Below are positions 55,980 through 64,000 of a stretch of DNA of 64,000 nucleotides, one piece after another. How positions within the stretch are numbered: the stretch's first letter is position 1; every line of letters begins with the position of its first letter. The notes under the pieces were generated by a model. That model was not told where the DNA came from, made no database searches, and saw only the letters and a program-made list of their open reading frames with translations. The DNA lies in contig OZ024766.1 in NCBI GenBank assembly GCA_964016885.1, positions 11,594,001 to 11,658,000 on the forward strand, given 5' to 3'. The DNA comes from Eledone cirrhosa. Lineage: Eukaryota. A program made the translations under genes and the position numbers.

Positions 55980-58900
55980 CTACAGGCTGATATAGAGAGA
56001 AGACCCATTCACTCTGGCCATTCTCCCTACTTTCACCCACCTTTCATAAAACTTGCTGGGGTAGAGCACCTCTCTCTCCATTCTGATCCTTCTTTTAAAA
56101 TGGTATTTGAAAAAGGGGACCAGTTGTTGGCCGGAGAGAAAGGTGTCTGACCTCAGCCCTTTCAGCCTCGTCCACCATACAACTTCTTTAGCCATGGCTA
56201 CCACACAGAGAAAAACCGCCTCTCCTTCGTTTTTGAAAGGGGGAGGCGGTTTGATCGTGACAATGGACTCGGTGGTCAACCGGATTGGTCCCACCCTCGA
56301 CAGTAGTCGTTCCACATAGCCCCACAGGTCAGCAATGCCTGGGCAGTGTACGAATGCGTGCGCAACGGTTTCGTCATCATGCACGCATCTCGGACAGATC
56401 TTATTCAAAGGATCTCTACCCAGGCTCCCATGCCTGTGGAGCTTGTCTCGAACGGGTAGAGCCCCTCGGTAGCACTGCCAAGCCAGGGACTTTTGGAAGT
56501 TGTCCATCGGTCCAGGGCCAAACGTCCTACCGAACAGACTGGCCAGTTCATCTTCCTCCATGCCTAGAGCTTCTCCGAGAGCATCGTCGCACCTGCTGCG
56601 TACCAACCCTCTATAGAATGTCGAGGTGGAGTCTCCACTGATTGCCGGGTCCGCTTTCCAGAGGGCCGTGAGCGCCTGGGCACATTCAATGTGCCAGTCG
56701 CCCACTTTTCTCGGTCTTTGCTTGACCCAGGATTGCAGCTCGGTGAGCGAGACGAGTCTGGGAAAGGCTCGCCTCACAAACGGGGCCCACACCGGTTGAC
56801 CGGTGAGGAATACCTGGAGGTGCCGTAGCCTTAATGCGTGTTTACGCATCTGTAGCCACGGCATCCCCAGCCCTCCTTTCGAAGGGTGTTGACAGCAGAT
56901 GGATCTCCTCACCAAAGGGGTCCGCTTGTTCCAAAGAAATTGGAACAGCGCGCACTCCATTTTGGCGAGTCTTTTCACTGGGCAAGGCACGACGGTCAGG
57001 CGGTAGTAGATGACGGATGCTATATAAGTATTCGCCACCTCCGCTCGACCTTTCAGGGATAGTTTGCACTGGGCCCACTTCTGGGTGAGTGCAAACACCC
57101 TGGCCGTTACCTCGTTCCAGTTTTTCTCCACCTGGAGGTCTGGTCCGAACCAGACCCCAAGCAGCTTCACCGGGCCCTCCGTCCAGCGTCCGACGACGTC
57201 GTTGGAGGGCATCGGTTTGCCTCTCCATGTTCCGAGTTGCAAACCGACGGACTTGTCCCGGTTCAGCTTGGCTCCTGTAAACCTTTCATATTCCTCCAGT
57301 AAGGTGCCGATCTCACCGATTTGCGAGGTTTTCGACACCATTACTGTCACGTCATCGGCGTAGGCCGACGCCGCTTTCTGCAATCCCGGTTCCAAAGGGA
57401 TGCCCTGCAACCGCTCCAACTTCCGCAGTAGTGGCTCAAGAGCCAGCACATACAGTAGGGAGGAGAGAGGGCATCCCTGTCGGATGGATCGCATGATTTG
57501 GAACGGCTCCGAGAGGTGGCCGTTCACCTTGACCCTTGAGCAGACGTTGCTGCTGTGCATCGCAGCAATCCAACCCCTGAAAACGGGTCCGAAGCCTGCC
57601 GCCGCGAGCACCGCATCCAGGTAACGATGGTCAACCCTATCGAAAGCTTTAGATTGATCCAAGTTGATCAGGGCCCCACCAAAGCCGGGTTCATTCCCTA
57701 CCCTCTCTATGATGTATCGCATAAGGTGGAGATTGTCGTGAATGGACCTGGACGGGATTGCGCATGTCTGCGCTTCTCCCACCAGGTTTCCAACGACAAG
57801 CGCCAACCTCTTCGCTAACACCTTGGCCAAAATCTTTAACTCTGTATTTAGCAGAGTTATGGGCCTGAAGTTACTTATGTCATCCCCCTTGTTCTCATCC
57901 TTCCTCACCAGCGTAACTACGCCCTTGGTCACAGAACTGGGAATTCTCCCGTTCTGCTGCCAGTTGCAGTAGACCGCTTCGAGGATATCGGAGAACAAGT
58001 CCGGCATCGCTACATATAGCTCGTATGGTAGACCATCGAGACCCGGGGATTTGCGTTTGCCGCATTGGCTCAGCGCCGCCCCTATCTCAGCAGCTGAAAT
58101 CGTCCTTTCGCAGGACTTCGCCTCCGCGTCCGAGAGGCGCGGCAGACCGTCGAGGTATGGATTGAAATCCATAGTCTCACCCGGCGCGCCGCCCCTCTCG
58201 AACAGTCGTGCAAAGTGCCGCTGAAAGGCCACACACATCTGCCCAGGTTCAAGGATCACACGCCCATCCTGGTCCTTCAAAGACCGAATCGTGGACTTGT
58301 TCCCACTTTTTGCCTCTGTCACTCGGGCCCAGCTTACAGCTTTGGCTCCCTCATTACCCAGAGCACGTATTTTACTCCTGACAACGCAGCCTTCATGCTT
58401 CACCTCAAAGAACTGGTCTAAGGCCATTCTTGATGCCAGCACGCCGGCTACATTGCCACTCCTAATCGCCTCTTCTACTCTATCTACTAATTCCCTTTCC
58501 GTCTTGTTCCTATCCCTTGCTAATTCCTGACTAAAACCTATCGATTCTATTCTAATTGCTCTCTTAAGAGAGCTCCACCACCTGTTGTTGACAATTGTCC
58601 CTGTCAAACTCTGCTTGACTAACGTGCTAATCCGTTTACTGTAAGCTTTGCTTCTCGGTAAGGACAAGTTCAGCTTCCAGTAACCGGGTCCCTGTCTATG
58701 GGTTCTATCAAGGTTGGCTATGCAGGTCACTAACTTGTGATCCGAATAGTCAACCATGAACATTTTTGGACAGCTAAATGTGTCCCTATCGTTCTCTCTA
58801 ACTAGGACCCTATCTAGGTACGACCTAGATGTTCCACTGCGATTGGTCCACGTCCATAGTGGTACAGTCGGAAAATCTAGTCGATATCTATCGGCCAGGT

Positions 58901-59418
58901 CAAATCGGCCGATTAACCTTTTGAGGCTTTTACACCCCCCCTCTATTGGCACATGCCCCTACATAGTCCCAACGTGCATCCAGGATACCATTCCAGTCCC
59001 CCACTAAAAGCAAGGAGCGGGACGTTCCCAGAAAAGTTTCCAGACGTTGGAAGTATTCCGGCCGCGCTGCCCAAAAAGGGGCGTACACAGCTATTAGTCT
59101 AAGGGCTCAACTTTCACTACTGCCGACGTCTAAAACCACCAGTCGACCCTCCGGGTCCAAGTGCACCTTCTGTATGGCGAGGCCCAGGTGTTTTCGCAGC
59201 AGAACGACAACTCCACCCCCACCCCCCGGTTGACAGAGAGATGCGAAGATCTCAAAGTCGTCGAAGAGGGGCGCCAGTTGGTGCTCGCTGCTGATCCTGG
59301 ACTCGCAAATAGCCATTACATCCATTCTATGCGACCTGAGATCGTTTAAAAGTTTGCCTTGTTTCCAAGACAGTCCCAGGCCACGTACATTCAGACACCC
59401 AACTCTTATATCAGCCAT
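55980..59418 (-). pseudogene. L1/Tx1 ORF2 (APE endonuclease, reverse transcriptase, C-terminal CCHC) with two lesions
   Basis: LNVRGL, VYAP, GDWN, YLDRV, SDH, PGLDG, RPITLLN, RQGCPLS, YADD, CPRC..H....C; in-frame TGA at 59107-59109; extra base in G7 run at 58935-58941. Confidence 0.9.
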
Positions 59419-59439
59419 GTTGGTTAAAAGAGGAAGGAC

Positions 59440-61275
59440 CTACCTGTTCGGCTCCTGAGGAGCAGGTTGCACAATATCCATGGGCGTATTGGAGGGGTTG
59501 TTTGGTGGGGTGTTGTTCTGTGGTGGAGTGGGGGTGTTTGGTGAGGTGTGGGTGGGGAAACGTTTCAAGAGGACGCGGTTATAGGGTCGAGTACATGTTT
59601 TCCCCACGTCCTCAGGAAAGTTCTCTCTTAGTTTTGCATAGGTGTCCATTGGGAGTCTTATCATTTTTAAATGCGGTTTGTTGGCCGCGCTTGCAAAGAA
59701 TTGTCCTTCAGTTTCCACCAAAGGGTCTTTGTGTATTGTTTTTACTAGTTCTTTGTTATTTGTGTTAATGTATGTATACTGTTTTATTTGTGTTGTGTTT
59801 GTTTGTTGTTCTTGTGTGTGCTTACGTTTTGTTGTATGTGTTATGTTTTGGGGTGGGGCGGATTTTGTTTGTTCTGTTTGTTTTGTTTTTGTTGGTGGTT
59901 GTGTGTTTGTTTCGTTTATGTTCGAGTGGTGCTTTCTTTTTTTCCTTTTTACAGGTTGGAAGGGTTCCCCCTCTTCGTCACTAGGTGCCGTTTCCGCTGG
60001 GTCCTCGTCCGTGCTGTCGGGTAGTGGTGTATTTTGGGGTTTTGTTGTATTTGTGTGTGTTTTGGGAGTTGTTTTGGGTGGGGCCGTGTCTTGTGTTATT
60101 TTTCCCTGTTGTTTTTGTTGTTGTTGTGGTGGTGGTGGTGGAGGTGGTGGTGGTGGTGGTGGTGGCGGTGGTGGTGTGTGGGGTGTAGGCAAAAGAGCCT
60201 TTTTTTTTGTCAATTGAGGACAAGCAGCCCTTAGATGACCCCTGCTTGAACAGTAGTAACATATGGGCCTCCTACCCTCGGCTGAAATATATATAAATGT
60301 TTCTCCATCGAGGGACACCCTCTGTGGTATTCTAGCGATTCGTTCTGGTCTCATTTGGACCAGAACCTCCACGCTCAAACCGCCGAAAACGTCTGTGGTG
60401 ACTTCTCCTACTGAGAGGATTCCGTCCTCGTCTTCTAAAAACCCTGTTAGTACCCAGGAAATGCATGCATTTGGCCGGATTCCGGAGACCCTTATCTTCT
60501 GCGTTCTTTTCCCTAAATATGTGGGGAAAAATGTATGTAGCTTGGAAACAATTGGTGCCACAGAGTATTTCCTGGCCGTCAATTGATCCTTCATTAGGAC
60601 CGTTATATTCCCATAGAGTGGCCCTTTTTGTATGAACGATATATCACTCCACACATTTTTTAGGACCAGCTCAATCTCTTTTTGGGATAATTGAGTTGGT
60701 TTCCTTGTTATGTTGGAAATTGTTCTGAAAGATATCGTTCTTAGCGTCGTGTCTCTTTTGATTTCTTGTGGGGAGGTGATTGTGAAGTCTCCTCCTTCTT
60801 TGAAAGTTACATACTGTTTCGCTTCCTTCATCTTTTCTCTCAGAGTTGTAATGTCCAGTTGCTTGCAGGTTTGTGTTTTCCGGACCGCCTGTGCAAAGGA
60901 GGTACCAGTAGTGGGTTCGCTTTGTTTGGTGTTATCGTTATTTTTTCCTTGGTTGGTGTTGTGACTATTGCTGTTATTGTCGTTGTTGTTTTTGTCTGCG
61001 TTTATGTGACTTTCTGGGTTTTCACCCATTTTTTCAAATTTTTCTTTTAATTCCGTGTTCCATGTTTCTTTTGCAGAAGTCAGGAGGGAAGACTTAGAGC
61101 CTTGTGCTTCTAGCTTCTCTGTATCAGCTTTCTTAGGGGGCGTGGCTTTCACGTTAGGATGAGATGTGAAAATTCCGTCCATTTCTATTAGTTTGCCGTA
61201 ATAAATTTTTAACTGGAAAATTCGCCCCAAAAAGGGGCGAAAATAAATAAACTCAAAGTTTGACGACCAAGGCAA
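59440..61275 (-). CDS. L1/Tx1 ORF1, gag-like with zinc knuckle; likely ATG at 61182
   Basis: Uninterrupted ORF just upstream of ORF2; CYYCSSRGHLRAAC (CX2CX4HX4C); basic KRKKRK patch. Confidence 0.85.
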   Translation of the reverse strand: MPWSSNFEFIYFRPFLGRIFQLKIYYGKLIEMDGIFTSHPNVKATPPKKADTEKLEAQGSKSSLLTSAKETWNTELKEKFEKMGENPESHINADKNNNDNNSNSHNTNQGKNNDNTKQSEPTTGTSFAQAVRKTQTCKQLDITTLREKMKEAKQYVTFKEGGDFTITSPQEIKRDTTLRTISFRTISNITRKPTQLSQKEIELVLKNVWSDISFIQKGPLYGNITVLMKDQLTARKYSVAPIVSKLHTFFPTYLGKRTQKIRVSGIRPNACISWVLTGFLEDEDGILSVGEVTTDVFGGLSVEVLVQMRPERIARIPQRVSLDGETFIYISAEGRRPICYYCSSRGHLRAACPQLTKKKALLPTPHTPPPPPPPPPPPPPPPPQQQQKQQGKITQDTAPPKTTPKTHTNTTKPQNTPLPDSTDEDPAETAPSDEEGEPFQPVKRKKRKHHSNINETNTQPPTKTKQTEQTKSAPPQNITHTTKRKHTQEQQTNTTQIKQYTYINTNNKELVKTIHKDPLVETEGQFFASAANKPHLKMIRLPMDTYAKLRENFPEDVGKTCTRPYNRVLLKRFPTHTSPNTPTPPQNNTPPNNPSNTPMDIVQPAPQEPNR

Positions 61276-63052
61276 GGGGTTAACGTATATTACAGTATAA
61301 AAAAATTAATCAAAACTCACTTTTTGAGTAAGTAAATCCGACTCGGTAGCCGAGCTTGTTCACACACGTCAACGCACGTCTCTCGTATACGAGATGTTAT
61401 GTGAGATATTATGTGAGGTAAAGCCTTTACTGTGACAATACAATAGTATATATAGAGTAATGTAAATGTTATGTGAGATATTATGTGAGGTAAAGCCTTT
61501 ACTGTGAAAATACAATAGTATATATAGAGTAATGTAAATGTTATGTGAGATATTATGTGAGGTAAAGCCTTTACTGTGAAAATACAATAGTATATATAGA
61601 GTAATGTAAATGTTATGTGAGATATTATGTGAGGTAAAGCCTTTACTGTGACAATACAATAGTATATATAGAGTAATGTAAATGTTATGTGAGATATTAT
61701 GTGAGGTAAAGCCTTTACTGTGAAAATACAATAGTATATATAGAGTACTGTAAATGTTATGTGAGATATTATGTAAGGTAAAGCCTTTACTGTGAAAATA
61801 CAATAGTATATATAGAGTAATGTAAATGTTATGTGAGATATTATGTAAGGTAAAGCCTTTACTGTGAAAATACAATAGTATATATAGAGTAATGTAAATG
61901 TTATGTGAGATATTATGTGAGGTAAAGCCTTTACTGTGACAATACAATAGTATATATAGAGTAATGTAAATGTTATGTGAGATATTATGTGAGGTAAAGC
62001 CTTTACTGTGAAAATATAATAGTATATATAGAGTAATGTAAATGTTATGTGAGATATTATGTGAGGTAAAGCCTTTACTGTGACAATACAATAGTATATA
62101 TAGAGTAATGTAAATGTTATGTGAGGTATTATGTGAGGTAAAGCCTTTACTGTGAAAATACAATAGTATATATAGAGTAATGTAAATGTTATGTGAGATA
62201 TTATGTGAGGTAAAGCCTTTACTGTGAAAATACAATACTATATATAGAGTAATGTAAATGTTATGTGAGATATTATGTGAGGTAAAGCCTTTACTGTGAA
62301 AATACAATAGTATATATAGAGTAATGTAAATGTTATGTGAGATATTATGTGAGGTAAAGCCTTTACTGTGACAATACAATAGTATATATAGAGTAATGTA
62401 AATGTTATGTGAGATATTATGTGAGGTAAAGCCTTTACTGTGAAAATACAATAGTATATATAGAGTAATGTAAATGCTAAAGGGTTAAGGAATGTTTTAG
62501 CATTGTAGGGGTGAGGATTGGGTAAGACAAAGATATTCTCAGACATGAAATCCCTGCCCTGGAGGTGGAGGTATTTGCGTTAGGGTGGAGTTGGGTGCTA
62601 AGAGCACCACTAGAGGGCCAGGTGGTTTTCTGTTATCTAAGAACAGCATATACACACACACACACACATATATATATATATGGATATATAGGTATATATG
62701 TGTGTATATATATATATATATGTGTATATATAGGTATATATATATGTATGTGTATATATAGGTATATATGTATATGTATGTATATATATAGCTATATATA
62801 TATATGTACGTATGTATATATATATATATGTATTTATATATATAGGTATATGTATGTATATATATATAGGTATATATATGTATATATGTATATGTATGTA
62901 TATATATATATATAGGTATATATACGGATATGTATGTATATATATATATAGGTATATATATGGATATGTATGTATGTATATAGGTATATATGTATACGTA
63001 TGTATATATATATATAGGTATATATATGTATATATATATCTATGGATGTATA

Positions 63053-63099
<47 letters not shown>

Positions 63100-63216
63100 G
63101 TGTGTATGTATATATGTGTATGTATATATGTATATGTATATGTATATATGTGTATGTATATGTATATATGTGTATGTATATATATATGTGTATGTATATA
63201 CATATAGGTATATATG

Positions 63217-63264
<48 letters not shown>

Positions 63265-63291
63265 TATATATGTATGTATGTATATATATAT

Positions 63292-63354
<63 letters not shown>

Positions 63355-63366
63355 TATATATGTATG

Positions 63367-63424
<58 letters not shown>

Positions 63425-63462
63425 CACACCAGACACACAGATGTGTGTTTTCCTCTGTGTGC

Positions 63463-63537
<75 letters not shown>

Positions 63538-64000
63538 TACACAGTTTTATAGCTGTGACATAACACGAAAAGGGTGGATGTGAATGTGTGTTAAGTTTTG
63601 AGTGTTTCGTGTCCCTTTCTCTTCATGAGGGGGACACACACACACACACCCTATCCCCTACTCTTCAACCGCCACCCTGAACCCCTTCTTCCCTAGCCCC
63701 CAGCCCCTCCTCTTACCCCCCCCCCCTCCCTCCCCGACCCCCTCTTCCTTAGCCCCCCGAGCCCCCTTTCCTTAGTCCTCCCCTACCCCCCGCCCCACCC
63801 CGAGCCCCCTCTTTCCTTACTGCTTCTCAAGCCCCCATTCTCTGCTCTTAATATGTAATAGTTGACATAACTTCACTGTAAGCCTCTCTGGCTCTCCTTG
63901 CCACTTGTGGTTGACAGGTTTAGTTGTTTGGGGACTGTGTGGGTGGGGGTGAGAGGCTGTGTGTGTGTGTGTGAGGGAGAGACAGTGTGTGTGAGAGAGA

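Larger units (their letters stand above)
55743..61393 (-). mobile_element. Near full-length L1/Tx1-clade non-LTR retrotransposon
   Basis: ORF1 plus APE-RT-zinc finger ORF2; 3' end aataaagaaacc. Confidence 0.93.
54976..62484. mobile_element. piggyBac-like MITE with 72-bp array (55105-55742 and 61394-62475) interrupted by an L1
   Basis: TTAA-CCCTTTA...TAAAGGG-TTAA termini. Confidence 0.7.

Noticed and set aside
56107-61050. Plus-strand ORFs within the L1
   Set aside because: Antisense shadows of ORF1 and ORF2 with no recognisable motifs

Overview
Repeat-saturated eukaryotic DNA with no confidently identifiable host gene. The SINE/LINE families and long (TA)n tracts resemble octopod cephalopod repeats (inference from memory, no search run). 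Contents: (i) a near full-length L1/Tx1-clade non-LTR retrotransposon (minus, ~55.7-61.4 kb) inside a 72-bp minisatellite that lies within a TTAA-flanked piggyBac-like MITE; (ii) a DD37D (maT) Tc1/mariner element with a ~6-kb internal array of ~36 units, each a transposase 5' segment plus a variable degenerate (TTAGGG)n tract; (iii) a non-autonomous Helitron; (iv) two tRNA-derived SINE families, one with an RTE-type tail and one with an L1-like tail; (v) many RTE 3' fragments; (vi) many short (TA)n-embedded, often palindromic elements carrying type I hammerhead ribozyme motifs (Penelope-like/retrozyme-like), including about seven with complete cores. Most minisatellites here are amplified pieces of transposable elements. 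Nearly all other ORFs in the track are microsatellite artefacts.
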